NCBI GenBank assembly: GCA_020635195.1
Contig: JACKAG010000005.1
Coordinates: 22,559-86,558, forward strand
Direction of reading: 5' to 3'
Length of the DNA stretch: 64,000 nucleotides
DNA from: Deltaproteobacteria bacterium
GTDB lineage: Bacteria; Bdellovibrionota_B; Oligoflexia; Oligoflexales; Bog-1112
Shown: piece after piece, positions 39,215 to 49,303 of the stretch
Layout of the letters: every line of letters begins with the position of its first letter
Position numbering within the stretch: position 1 is the stretch's first letter
Notes under the pieces: generated by a model
What the model was told of the DNA's origin: nothing
Databases searched by the model: none
What the model saw: the letters and a program-made list of their open reading frames with translations, nothing else
Made by a program: the position numbers and the translations under genes

Positions 39215-39997
39215 TTATGGCAACTGAAGAAGCTTTTTTGCTGTATTTTTAAGGTCTTCCATAGATGGCCGAGGGGTTCTGGTCACAGCCGAAAAATATT
39301 CCTGACACACATCTCCGGTCGAAGTTCCAATAGCAACCACACGCCAGCTGCGCAGTTCACGGCCCACAAAATCCCAGTAACGGACAAAGCCCCGGACAGC
39401 AGACGGACTGGCAAAGCAGATGACCCCACTCCTGAAAATATCGGGACAGCGGCTGCGCTCTCCCTCGTCCAGGTCTCCACCCGACTCTCTCCAGCAGCCA
39501 TTGCGGGTTTCATAGAGATTGACAACCAGAGTATCAAAACCAGCCCTGCGCAAAGATCCGCCAAGATCAAAAGCCCTGAGCCTTCCCCCCGGAAGAAAAA
39601 ACCGCACATCCTGACCTCTGTACTGATCAGCCAGCCAGCCAGCAAGGTCTTTTGCTTTCTGCACTCCATCCGGAACGCTCGCTTCTACCTGAAAGTCCCC
39701 CAGCCTGAGGCTGGTTGCCGGTCCCACAGCATAACAGGCGGCAGAGTTCTGCACGATGGTCCGCACTCTCTTTAATGAATGAAAAAAACCAGCTCCGTGA
39801 GAACTTGTAAACACAGAAACAATCGGAATCGTCTGATCCGTCTGATAATAATCGGGCGGAATCTGACGATTGACATCCGATTCCGCAAGAGGACAGACTT
39901 TGACACAAGGAAGGCGCAAAACATGCTCCCTGCAATCTGCCAGAAGGATCTGATCCTGATGCCAGTCATCCGCGGAGCGGGTCCAGACCATCTTCAC
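39215..39997 (-). CDS. hemD: Uroporphyrinogen-III synthase
   Basis: 260 aa with a 4-nt start/stop overlap with hemC. Its length and position in the hemA-hemC-hemD order fit HemD. The sequence is weakly conserved, as is usual for HemD, so the call rests largely on synteny. Confidence 0.7.
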   Translation of the reverse strand: MKMVWTRSADDWHQDQILLADCREHVLRLPCVKVCPLAESDVNRQIPPDYYQTDQTIPIVSVFTSSHGAGFFHSLKRVRTIVQNSAACYAVGPATSLRLGDFQVEASVPDGVQKAKDLAGWLADQYRGQDVRFFLPGGRLRAFDLGGSLRRAGFDTLVVNLYETRNGCWRESGGDLDEGERSRCPDIFRSGVICFASPSAVRGFVRYWDFVGRELRSWRVVAIGTSTGDVCQEYFSAVTRTPRPSMEDLKNTAKKLLQLP

Positions 39998-41022
39998 TCC
40001 TGTCCCCCTCTGCCCTGAAAAGACTGAGAAAATACAGGAGATTTCTCCGCCAAAACCGAGTCCAGACCATCTTCACGCAAAAGACGCAGAACCCTCCTCC
40101 CCAGAGCAGCAGAATCTTCGCTTTCTGTCTGCGAAAGCCGGATGCTGGCCCTGGCACTTTCTCCTTTTCCATTGAGAACAACCGCAGAAACGCCCACAGC
40201 AGCACCATCACACTCTTTCATATGTATCCCGACTGGCATGGTACAGTCCCCTCCCAGCATCCTGAGCAGCTGGCGTTCAAAACGCACCTCCCGATGCGTC
40301 TTCTCGCAACAAAGGGACTCAAAGAACCCGCGGAGTTGATGATTCTTTGTTGTTTCCAGAACCAGAGCTCCCTGAGACGGACTTGGAACAAACCAGTCCG
40401 GACGAAGCAGATGGACATCCAGATCCGCAGCAAGTTCTGTCAGACGCTCCAGCGAAGCTGCAGCCAGTATCAACCCATCCCAGCTACTTTCACGAAGCTT
40501 TCTGATCCTGGTATCCACATTTCCCCGCAAAGGAAAGACCACAACATCATCGGATGCCTCCCTCAAAAGGCACGCCCTTCTGAGGCTCCCGGTCGCAATT
40601 TTCATACCTTTCCGGCTCAGAATATCCTCAGGACCGACCTCTGCCCCCTTCCCGAACATCCCCTTCCGCTCCGGATGCAGAACCAGCACATCACCCGCAG
40701 CATGTCGCGGCAGGACGGCTGACAGACAAAAAGGCTCCGGAGTTTCAACAGGCAGATCCTTCAGACTATGCACAGCAAGATCAGCCTCTCCCCGAAGGAG
40801 GATGTCTTCAATTTCACGGATAAAGACCCCTTTTCCACCGATCTCATGAAGAAAACGATTCTGAACCCGATCTCCCGTAGTTTTTACCTCGACAATCCGG
40901 CCAGAATAGCCAGCTTCCTCCAGAAGAGTCCGGACGTATTCTGCCTGCCAGAGGGCCAGCCTGCTTCCCCTGCTGGCAATCTGCAGGGGACGGTTTACAG
41001 GCGAATAATCTGACTGTTGCAT
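39994..41022 (-). CDS. hemC: Hydroxymethylbilane synthase (porphobilinogen deaminase)
   Basis: 'LQIASRGSRLALWQAEYV', 'VKTTGDRV', 'GGKGVFIREIE' and 'DLAVHSLKDLP' are present, along with the cofactor Cys context 'LGGDCTMPVG'. Confidence 0.93.
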   Translation of the reverse strand: MQQSDYSPVNRPLQIASRGSRLALWQAEYVRTLLEEAGYSGRIVEVKTTGDRVQNRFLHEIGGKGVFIREIEDILLRGEADLAVHSLKDLPVETPEPFCLSAVLPRHAAGDVLVLHPERKGMFGKGAEVGPEDILSRKGMKIATGSLRRACLLREASDDVVVFPLRGNVDTRIRKLRESSWDGLILAAASLERLTELAADLDVHLLRPDWFVPSPSQGALVLETTKNHQLRGFFESLCCEKTHREVRFERQLLRMLGGDCTMPVGIHMKECDGAAVGVSAVVLNGKGESARASIRLSQTESEDSAALGRRVLRLLREDGLDSVLAEKSPVFSQSFQGRGGQE

Positions 41023-42386
41023 GAAGCCTCATCCTCACCATGTTTATCATCTGACAGGTTCTGCCTGGCTACGCTCGTCCTGGCAGGTGAGCGGGAAAAC
41101 ATCAGCCTGATAGCCGAAGCCAGCTGCTCTCTGAGTGCTTCTTCCCCTGGTCTGTTTACAACCTTCGCCGCATCACCGAGAATCTTCCCTGCCACCGATC
41201 GCAACATCCCAAAAAGAGCCTGCCTTTGCTGTTCTGACAGGTCATGAAAAAGCGATCGGCCAAGCGTTTTCTCTGCCTCTCTCTTCAGAAGATCCTCAAG
41301 GTAATCCCGGAACGAAGCCAGCACAGGTTTCACCGCAGCAGCAGAAAGCCATTGCATATAAAGGGCGGCTCCCTGATGAACAAAGACCCGTGCACGCTCA
41401 GCTTCCCTGCGCCTCTCTCCCAGATTCCCTTTCACAACTTTCTCAAGGTCATCAACTTCGAATAAATACACATCATCCAGACTGCCGCAACCCGGTTCAA
41501 TATCTCTCGGGATGGCAATATCCACAAGGAAGAGTGAGCGGCCCTTCCTTTCTTTCATAATTTTTTTCAGCATCCGACGGGAAATCACAGGATTACGGGC
41601 TCCTGTGGAGCTGATAACAATATCAGAACGGAGAAGACAATCTGTAAGATTGTCCCAGCTATGGGCACTGCCGGCTCCGAGACTCTGCACCAGCGCTTCT
41701 GCTCTGCTCCGGGTCCGGTTCACAACCAGAAGATCCCTGGGGTGATAAGAACAGGCGTATCTGGCAGCAATTTTTGCCATCTCCCCTGCCCCTATAATCA
41801 GAAATGTGTGCTCTTTGAGGTCAAGAAAAACCTTCCTGGCCAGATCAATCGCGGCATGACTGATAGATACTTTTTTTTCGCCGATTTTTGTTTTACTTCT
41901 GATCTTCTTGACCACAGCAAGGGCGTCCTGACACAGTCTGTCAAGAAAGGGCCCCAGAGTTCCTGCATCAGCAGCCAGAAAAAAAGCCTTCTTGAACTGG
42001 CCAGTAATCTGCGTCTCCCCGATAATCAGAGAGTCCAGACTGGCTGCCACAGCCAGTACATGCTCAACCGCTGCCTGCCCCTCAAGAAAAAATGTGTGCT
42101 TGCGGATCAGACGCTCAGAGGGAGGCTGGCGACCCCCATGACGCTGAAAATCTGCCCAGACCAGCAGGAGATCTTCCAGAGGACGGCTGTTATTTTCCGA
42201 CAGAGCATAAATTTCAAAACGGTTACAGGTAGACAACACAACCAGCTCATGAAAGCCATGATGCTGCATAATCGCTTTCATGACAGATTGCAGCTGTTCA
42301 GGATCGAGATACATCAGTTCTCTGAACTCAGCTGAGGCCGTCTTGTGATTCGCCCCAAAACAACAAAATGCCGGTTTCAGCATCAA
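40995..42386 (-). CDS. hemA: Glutamyl-tRNA reductase
   Basis: It has the catalytic Cys motif 'LSTCNRFEIYA', 'GETQITGQFK' and the NADPH site 'IIGAGEMA'. It is upstream of hemC. Confidence 0.93.
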   Translation of the reverse strand: MMLKPAFCCFGANHKTASAEFRELMYLDPEQLQSVMKAIMQHHGFHELVVLSTCNRFEIYALSENNSRPLEDLLLVWADFQRHGGRQPPSERLIRKHTFFLEGQAAVEHVLAVAASLDSLIIGETQITGQFKKAFFLAADAGTLGPFLDRLCQDALAVVKKIRSKTKIGEKKVSISHAAIDLARKVFLDLKEHTFLIIGAGEMAKIAARYACSYHPRDLLVVNRTRSRAEALVQSLGAGSAHSWDNLTDCLLRSDIVISSTGARNPVISRRMLKKIMKERKGRSLFLVDIAIPRDIEPGCGSLDDVYLFEVDDLEKVVKGNLGERRREAERARVFVHQGAALYMQWLSAAAVKPVLASFRDYLEDLLKREAEKTLGRSLFHDLSEQQRQALFGMLRSVAGKILGDAAKVVNRPGEEALREQLASAIRLMFSRSPARTSVARQNLSDDKHGEDEASCNSQIIRL

Positions 42387-42389
42387 GGT

Positions 42390-43205
42390 TTATCCGCCTC
42401 CCTGATAAAAAGACAAACCAAAAAATGTGATAAGCAGCAGACAAAAACCAATCAGGCTGATCTGGGCAATTCTTTTAAACGGAACATGAAACCAATGACG
42501 AGCTAGCAAAGCCAGAAAATAACAAGACCAGACAGTGAGCGCCCATGTAATTTTACGCCCATATATCTGCATACTACCATCAAAATACCAGCAAAAATAG
42601 ACAGCACCACTGATCAACGCAGCCGTCAGAAAGAAAAAACCGGCCCAGAGTACTGCGATCAGAATCGTTTCCAGAAGATCCAGTGCGGGTATGCGAGAGG
42701 TCAGCTGCTCAAGTAATTTTTTCTTGAGCAGACGCTGCTGCCATAGGTACAGAACAGCCACCAGACTGGCCAGAAGTGCCAGCAACTGGCCCATCGTAGC
42801 GCCCGCAATATGAAAGGCCAGATAAAGCTGGGGGGAATCGACATCGTAGAGTCCGCCTCCCGGAGCAGAACTCAGAAACTGAAACAAAACAAAAACAGCC
42901 ATGAGTAAGGATGCATAGGCCAGAAGTCCGGAAATTCTGAGCCAGAATCTGATAATAATCACAAGCCATGAGAGAAAGGCCACCAGTATCAACCACCGCG
43001 CCGACACAAAGACCAGCTCCGGTAAGAGGGCATAACTCGCACAGGCCACAGAGGCCGATACGGCTCCCAATACGAAAAGAACCTGCGCCACCTTCGCCAG
43101 ACTCCCGCGCAGAACCGAGTCTGAGCGTGCCGACTGAAAGCTCAGGGCTGCCGCAACAGCAAAATTGAGCAGACAAAAATGACTCATGATCACATGTAAA
43201 AACAC
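42390..43205 (-). CDS. Cytochrome c assembly (CcsA/HemX-like) integral membrane protein
   Basis: 271-aa polytopic membrane ORF ending 3 nt upstream of hemA, in the position occupied by ccsA-like/hemX genes in other hem operons. The call is by architecture and synteny. Confidence 0.55.
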   Translation of the reverse strand: MFLHVIMSHFCLLNFAVAAALSFQSARSDSVLRGSLAKVAQVLFVLGAVSASVACASYALLPELVFVSARWLILVAFLSWLVIIIRFWLRISGLLAYASLLMAVFVLFQFLSSAPGGGLYDVDSPQLYLAFHIAGATMGQLLALLASLVAVLYLWQQRLLKKKLLEQLTSRIPALDLLETILIAVLWAGFFFLTAALISGAVYFCWYFDGSMQIYGRKITWALTVWSCYFLALLARHWFHVPFKRIAQISLIGFCLLLITFFGLSFYQGGG

Positions 43206-43343
43206 AGCAGCTCCTGTCCGGTGATCATCCAGAGCTCCTCTGGCCTTTCCACATCGGCCAGGTTATAACACAACTAAATTCTGGTCTGGTGCCCGGCCCC
43301 TGACCTGACTTGGCCACAAGACTCTGATATCGCAAGGAATGCC

Positions 43344-44678
43344 GTGAGAACAGCCCCCGAAAACTGGCGTCCTGACTCCTGGAAAGCCTTCACAGCGGCC
43401 CAGCAACCTCTTTACGATGATCCTGCACATGTGCAGGAGGTCATCAGACGCATCCGCAGCTGGCCTCCCCTGGTCTACCCAGGTGAGGTGAAGCAACTGC
43501 GACGGGAATTAGCGCTGGCCTCGGAGCGCAGGCGTTTTATCCTCCAGGGAGGTGATTGCGCCGAAAAATTCTCCGACTGCAATCGTGAGTCTATCACAGC
43601 AAAACTGAAAATTCTCCTTCAGATGTCTGTGATACTCTGCTATGCCAGTAAGCGCCCTATCATAAAAATCGGAAGAATTGCAGGTCAGTATGGAAAACCC
43701 CGCTCAAATCTGACAGAAGAAGTCAGGGGATGCCAGATCCACAGCTATCGCGGTGATAATATCAATGCCTTCGAGCCGGATGCGGAAGCAAGAAAACCGG
43801 ACCCGGAAAGACTCGCTCAGGGACAGCAGATAGCCGCCATGACACTGAATTACATCCGGGCCCTCTCCGCTGGTGGATTTGCAGATCTGCACCATCCTGA
43901 TCACTGGAACCTGAACTTTCTCAGCCGGGCCCCCCACCGGGAGCAATATGAGGCCACAATCAGCAGCATCCACAAAGCGATCGGTTTTGTGGAAAGCATC
44001 GGCTACCGGGATGCCTCGTCATCGAAAATTGACTTTTACACCTCCCATGAAGGTCTGATCTTAGCTCTGGAAGAAGCCATGACCAGCCTGCATACGGACG
44101 GCGCCTACTATAATCACGGAGCCCACATGCTCTGGATTGGTGACCGGACCCGGCAGGTGAATGGCGCACATGCTGAATACTTCCGGGGTATCGAAAACCC
44201 TGTCGGCATCAAGGTCGGCCCCTCTTCCAGCCCTGAAGAGATTTCAGAGCTCATCCATATCATCAACCCCTCCAATGAAGCCGGTCGGATTATGCTGATC
44301 ACCCGCTTTGGCTGTGAAGCCGTGCAGGATTTTTTACCTGCAATGATTGAACAGATCAGCTCTGCCAGACAAAAGGTCTGCTGGAGCTGCGATCCGATGC
44401 ATGGAAACATCATAAAAACCAAAAATGGCATCAAAACAAGGGATTTCAACGCGATTCTTGCCGAACTCAAAAGGACCTTTGAAATCCACAAACAGCTCAG
44501 AAGCTATCTGGGGGCTGTTCACTTCGAGCTGACAGGTGAAGATGTCACCGAATGCACCGGAGGGGCAGAGGGGATCACAGATCAGGACCTCTCCACCAAC
44601 TATGAAAGTTTCTGTGACCCACGCCTGAATTATAGTCAGAGTCTCGAAATGGCATTTCTGATTGCACAGATGCTCTGA
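43344..44678 (+). CDS. 3-deoxy-7-phosphoheptulonate (DAHP) synthase, class II
   Basis: 444 aa with 'WRPDSWK ... QQPLYDD', 'ILQGGDCAE', 'KIGRIAGQYGKPRS' and 'HMLWIGDRTR', which are typical of class II (plant-like) DAHP synthases. A GTG start has AAGGA 6 nt upstream. Confidence 0.9.
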   Translation: MRTAPENWRPDSWKAFTAAQQPLYDDPAHVQEVIRRIRSWPPLVYPGEVKQLRRELALASERRRFILQGGDCAEKFSDCNRESITAKLKILLQMSVILCYASKRPIIKIGRIAGQYGKPRSNLTEEVRGCQIHSYRGDNINAFEPDAEARKPDPERLAQGQQIAAMTLNYIRALSAGGFADLHHPDHWNLNFLSRAPHREQYEATISSIHKAIGFVESIGYRDASSSKIDFYTSHEGLILALEEAMTSLHTDGAYYNHGAHMLWIGDRTRQVNGAHAEYFRGIENPVGIKVGPSSSPEEISELIHIINPSNEAGRIMLITRFGCEAVQDFLPAMIEQISSARQKVCWSCDPMHGNIIKTKNGIKTRDFNAILAELKRTFEIHKQLRSYLGAVHFELTGEDVTECTGGAEGITDQDLSTNYESFCDPRLNYSQSLEMAFLIAQML

Positions 44679-44829
44679 CCCTCTGAGTTTCAGCAAAGGA
44701 TAAGGCTTCACATAGGATATAGGGAAGACGGAGCGGCGGTCATTTTTTTCGGAACTGAAGGGTTCTCATCATAAGGATGAAAAATTCCAGAGGATATTCC
44801 AAAGGTTGAGAACAATCCCTTATTAATTA

Positions 44830-44858
44830 TTGAGACTTTTCTTGATTTTTGATATATT
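44830..44858 (+). promoter_or_regulatory. Sigma-70-type promoter candidate for the 44922 gene
   Basis: It reads TTGAGA (44830-44835), a 17-nt spacer, then TATATT (44853-44858), about 64 nt upstream of the ATG at 44922. Confidence 0.45.
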
Positions 44859-44921
44859 TTTAAAACTTCTGAATACAGAACATTAGCTGACAGGTTATCT
44901 GTTCAAAAAAAGGACCACAAC

Positions 44922-45506
44922 ATGAGAATTTTATGTGCTATTTTTTTTGTCATTTTCAGTAGTAGTCTGGCTATGGGAGGATTAAGTTCCGAGGGCTTCT
45001 CAAATGCATACCAAAGGGACGAGATAATAGAAGGCATTCCTATCGGGTCTCCAGTTGTTGATGTGATTCAACCTGATAGCAAGACACCCTATGCAAAGAC
45101 ATTCCATGCAACAAGTGAAGGGAACAAAAAGAACGTACAACCACAGACTCAGCATCTGAAGAAGAAGTCAGATTACGCAGATTACGCAGATTACGCATTT
45201 ATTGCAGTTGCTACATTCGGTTTTATCGCATATCAGTACTACGTGAACAAACAAAAACAAAAACAAAAACAAAAACAAATGACGAAAACTCTCGATGATA
45301 AAATCAGCACAGCCCACCACGATCTGTTTGTTATTCCTGATAATTATGCCGATGGTATCACCAGAAAGCGCTACTATCCTGAACCAGTTCACTATCATCC
45401 TGAGCCAGTTCACTATCATCCTGAACCAGTTCACTATCATCCTGAACCCGTTCACTATCATCCTGAACCAGTTCACTATCATCCTGAACCCGTTCACTAT
45501 CGCTAA
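44922..45506 (+). CDS. Signal-peptide, single-TM protein with three different in-frame tandem repeats
   Basis: It has a leader 'MRILCAIFFVIFSSSLAMGG' and a TM segment 'FIAVATFGFIAYQYY'. The repeats are (DYA)3 before the TM, (KQ)5 directly after it, and (PEPVHYH)6 forming the C-terminus. I recognise no family. Confidence 0.65.
   Translation: MRILCAIFFVIFSSSLAMGGLSSEGFSNAYQRDEIIEGIPIGSPVVDVIQPDSKTPYAKTFHATSEGNKKNVQPQTQHLKKKSDYADYADYAFIAVATFGFIAYQYYVNKQKQKQKQKQMTKTLDDKISTAHHDLFVIPDNYADGITRKRYYPEPVHYHPEPVHYHPEPVHYHPEPVHYHPEPVHYHPEPVHYR
45171..45197 (+). repeat. 3 x 9-nt tandem repeat (GATTACGCA), encoding DYA x3
   Basis: The repeat is read directly, with units at 45171, 45180 and 45189. Confidence 0.95.
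45249..45278 (+). repeat. 5 x 6-nt tandem repeat (AAACAA), encoding (KQ)5
   Basis: The repeat is read directly and is in frame with the 44922 ORF. Confidence 0.95.
45378..45503 (+). repeat. 6 x 21-nt tandem repeat (CCTGAACCAGTTCACTATCAT), encoding PEPVHYH x6
   Basis: Units start at 45378, 45399, 45420, 45441, 45462 and 45483, with only single-nucleotide differences. The array runs to the stop codon. Confidence 0.95.
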
Positions 45507-45761
45507 TCCCGGATAACCCATCCATAATCATAGCGCTCTTCCGTTACACAGACCTCTTTTTTTGTGTCCTGAACACGGAAGAAGCCTGAACCTCAGACAA
45601 AGAATTGTAAGACTCTCTGTGTCTCGCTTAATATCAGATCTTTCCAGAGAGCCTTTCCTGTCACATGCCGCTGCTTTTCAAAACATGTCATCCCAAACGA
45701 CCATTCAGGATCATAGCCCCTGCTATAAAGTCTGAAAGCTCAGATCAGGGCCAGATTATCA

Positions 45762-47957
45762 TCAATCCGTGAAGACTTTTTTCAGGTTTACCGACTCACC
45801 TGTCCTTGCATAAATGGTAAAACCAAGCCCTGCTGTCTTCTCAAAGAGCTCTTCCAGAACCTGGACATCCGTATCTTCCACCTCTCCCGGCAATGGTAAG
45901 CCGAAAAATGTGATATCCGCATATTTCGAATGATCCTGCACAAGATCAAAAAAACTCTGATCTGTCCGCAGCAGAAGATTCGCAGTGACCTGTTTCAGAC
46001 GACTCTCTGCGACCAGAAAGTTCAGGGCATGCTCTGCCCGGACACGAGCAGACTCACTATCAATCACAGTATAAATTGTGATAAAGGAGTCTTTCCACTG
46101 GTCACTCTCCCTCAGTAAGTGAGCTAAAGTCAGCATAAAAGGTCCGCTGACTTCCTCCCTTTGTCCCCACCAGATATTAATTTTCGGGTTTTTAACACGA
46201 TCAGAGATTTCCCGTATAGAGTTTATTCCATTATTCCGGATAACAAGGCTGTTTCGTTTATTCTGATAAACCAGGCGAAGACAGGCTGAAAGAATTTTCT
46301 TATCCAGATTCCAGTCATAAAGATAAATATTCGGGCGAAGGCTCCCCAGTCCATAGAAATCAAGCATCTGTCCGGTAAAACCGAATTCATCACAACCTAC
46401 AGCAATTTTAACCAGACTCTGAATCCCTTTATCAGCGACCCATTTTTGCAGCATTTTTTCCCTGGATCGCATTCTTTCAGGATCATCAAAGGATCTTACG
46501 TCCTGATCAAAGGACACTCCGAGTGTTGTAAATCCCCGTTTTTTTGCAAAAGCATCGGCAATCTCAATCAGAGAAGGATTCTTCTGAGGAAGTCCTGTCA
46601 CCAGAGCAATATCAGGCCTCCATGAACGCTCATTCAGCTCAAATGTTTCCAGCTGATAAAGGGCCTTGCGGACCAGAAAAAGAATCATTCCAGGTCGCAT
46701 ATCTGCAAAATGTGTCCGGATTTCTCTTTGTCTCACCCAGAAGTAGAGTCCGCAACAGATCAGCATTGCGATATAAGTCGCTCCTGCATTGATCATCAGC
46801 ATCACACCCAGACAGGCTGCTGCCCCGGCAAAAGACAGCATCCAGTGCATCTTAAATGTAGGCCTCCATGTCGGAGAACCGATGACACCCTCGACCCCTG
46901 AAACCAGATTCAAAATTCCATACGTGACAAGAAAAAACATCGTCAGAACAGGAGCTATGAGGTTCAGATCTCCGAGGACAACACAAAAAGCTGCGATACA
47001 AAATGTCAAAACAGTTGCCATCTGTGGACTGTTATTTGCAGATGTTTTTCCGAAGAGCGAGGGGACAATCCGGTCTGTAGCAAGAGCCCTGAGTGTTCGC
47101 GGTGCAGCCAGCATAGAACCGAGTGCGCTGGATAATGTAGCGCCCCAGATCCCCGCATAAATTGCCGGACGATACACAGAGATTTTCCCGAGTATCATCG
47201 AATCATTCACCAGATCTTCTGCCGGAGCCGCATGCCACATGATCCAGGGAACCATCAGATAGACAAGATATCCGACCACAACAGCAGCAACCGTTCCAAG
47301 CGGAATCGACTGCCCCGGATTTTTCAGATCCCCCGACATCGAAACCCCACTGAGTATCCCGGTCACTGCTGGAAAAAAGATGGCAAATACAGACCAGAAA
47401 GAGACCTCATGAAGGGCTGACTGCTGCGCCTGATCAAAATGATCCAGCGGGCTTCCCAAAAAAGCAGAGAAAAGAGAGGCCGCGATTAAAACAAAGATAA
47501 GAAGCTGTATCCTGAGTGCAAAATCCGCTGAATAATAGGCCAGAGCAGAAATAAGCACCAGAACAAGAAGACCAATCACCTGATGAGGCAGCCACGGGAG
47601 GAAAACCTGAACAGACTCAGAAAATCCCGTAATATAGAAGGCCGCTCCGACGGCCTGAGCCATGTAGAGGGGCAGACCAACCGCAGAGCCGGACTCGATA
47701 CCAAAAGAGCGTGAAACCATATAGTACGCGCCCCCTGCTCCGACTTTCATATTGGTTGCGGTAGAAGAAATGGAAAGAGCGGTGAGGAAAGTAATGGAAG
47801 AAGACAGCGTCACAATGATAAAGGTCTGAAACATTCCAACATTGCCAACAACCCAGCCCATCCGAAGATACATGACAACACCAAGTATCGTCAGAATACT
47901 CGGTAAGAAGACACCTGAAAAGGTCCCGAACTTCTTCATCTGCACAGATTCCGTCAT
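45762..47957 (-). CDS. APC-superfamily transporter of the cation-chloride cotransporter (SLC12-like) type, with a large cytoplasmic C-terminal domain
   Basis: 731 aa. It has an N-terminal 12-TM-like permease ('GTFSGVFLPSILTILGVVMYLRMGWVVGNVG' is typical of CCC/amino acid permease family members), followed by a ~280-aa soluble C-terminal domain. Confidence 0.75.
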   Translation of the reverse strand: MTESVQMKKFGTFSGVFLPSILTILGVVMYLRMGWVVGNVGMFQTFIIVTLSSSITFLTALSISSTATNMKVGAGGAYYMVSRSFGIESGSAVGLPLYMAQAVGAAFYITGFSESVQVFLPWLPHQVIGLLVLVLISALAYYSADFALRIQLLIFVLIAASLFSAFLGSPLDHFDQAQQSALHEVSFWSVFAIFFPAVTGILSGVSMSGDLKNPGQSIPLGTVAAVVVGYLVYLMVPWIMWHAAPAEDLVNDSMILGKISVYRPAIYAGIWGATLSSALGSMLAAPRTLRALATDRIVPSLFGKTSANNSPQMATVLTFCIAAFCVVLGDLNLIAPVLTMFFLVTYGILNLVSGVEGVIGSPTWRPTFKMHWMLSFAGAAACLGVMLMINAGATYIAMLICCGLYFWVRQREIRTHFADMRPGMILFLVRKALYQLETFELNERSWRPDIALVTGLPQKNPSLIEIADAFAKKRGFTTLGVSFDQDVRSFDDPERMRSREKMLQKWVADKGIQSLVKIAVGCDEFGFTGQMLDFYGLGSLRPNIYLYDWNLDKKILSACLRLVYQNKRNSLVIRNNGINSIREISDRVKNPKINIWWGQREEVSGPFMLTLAHLLRESDQWKDSFITIYTVIDSESARVRAEHALNFLVAESRLKQVTANLLLRTDQSFFDLVQDHSKYADITFFGLPLPGEVEDTDVQVLEELFEKTAGLGFTIYARTGESVNLKKVFTD

Positions 47958-48151
47958 ACCGTATCTCTTTCCTTAAAGAACAAACCCGCCATCAGCTCCT
48001 ATCCTGGCTTGATGATTTCCATTTCAGAGCAACAGACAGCAATATAATATTCCTGAGTTAAGTTGAATAGCATTTCATTCTGGAAGGAAAGGACTTCTGA
48101 GTACTCAGGCAAAAGATAAGAAATCAAAGCCCGGACACATGAGTGTGGCGA

Positions 48152-48961
48152 TTATAAAGAGCTTTTGTAAGCTATAAGAGAGTTCCAGCCATTCATGAAA
48201 TAGTCCCGAATTCCACCCAAAAATGACGGAGGCTGAAACTCTTTGCAGAATCCGTAGCTGGAACGCGCTATCTCCTGAGCAAAGTCCCAGACAGCCTCAG
48301 GTTTGCCGCCTTGGCTGATTTCTGATTCACTCATCCTGCTAAGTTTTTCAGAAAGGACAGGATCTGTGCTCATCCGGAGGGCAAATTCCTGTTCTCTGTT
48401 TCTAAGGGCTGTAAGTTCGTCTTCCCTGTTGCCTGATGCAACTGTAAATGACGTATAAGTGCTGTCAAAATCTTCAAATAAAAGCTCTCTGGTTTCAGGC
48501 TTAAACCCTGAAAAGAGCTGCAAAGCGGCTGTAAAAGCGTTGTCATCTTTATTACGAGATGTCTCCTTAATATCGTAATCATTCCGATAAGATTTCCCCG
48601 TAATATAGCGAGCACAGCCAATCATGATAATCAGATCGTCTTGCAAAATACCTTTCATTTTACTGAGATTTTCGATCTTTTTGCGAAGCTTAGGTGCTTT
48701 ATTTCCGGAAAGGACTTCGAAGGTCTCAGAGAGATACACATCGAAAAACAAATGCTCGTCCTGTGATTTTTCCCAGCGGAAGTCGTTTCGCTCTCCATTC
48801 GTGACGACAGAGTAGCAGTCCACCACCCTGTCACTGAGATCAGGAAACAGATCTGTCGAGATTTTTTCTATAGTTTCTTTCGTTTCTTTCCCTACGGAGT
48901 AAGCAGCCGTTGCACAGCCAAGGATCGCAGCCGCCAGGAACAGATAGCGCGTCTTTCTCAT
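48152..48961 (-). CDS. Hypothetical lipoprotein
   Basis: 269 aa with a lipobox 'AAILGC'. I recognise no family. Confidence 0.6.
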   Translation of the reverse strand: MRKTRYLFLAAAILGCATAAYSVGKETKETIEKISTDLFPDLSDRVVDCYSVVTNGERNDFRWEKSQDEHLFFDVYLSETFEVLSGNKAPKLRKKIENLSKMKGILQDDLIIMIGCARYITGKSYRNDYDIKETSRNKDDNAFTAALQLFSGFKPETRELLFEDFDSTYTSFTVASGNREDELTALRNREQEFALRMSTDPVLSEKLSRMSESEISQGGKPEAVWDFAQEIARSSYGFCKEFQPPSFLGGIRDYFMNGWNSLIAYKSSL

Positions 48962-49303
48962 AGGAACAACCTTCTGTCAGACGTTAAGTCGAAATACCCA
49001 TGAAGATATAACGTATTTGTGATTAAACGTCATGAGAATAAGATCATGAGCTGAATCAGAAAGATCATGGAAGTGGAAAAGGGCGAGATATGACTCAGGT
49101 GAGAGAAATCACTAAAGCCTCAAAGCATGAGCCCGGTTTCTGGTAAAAGCTGTCAAGCTTTCAAAGGCCCATAGAATGAGTTTTAGCGTTCCTGGTGGCA
49201 TTACTGAGAATAAAAAAAGAAAACACCGAACCCAGGACTTCTCCGCAGTTTTAGCTGTTGCTCATTTTTTTGGTGTCTGAAGGGAAAAGAACAGGGGCAG
49301 AAT

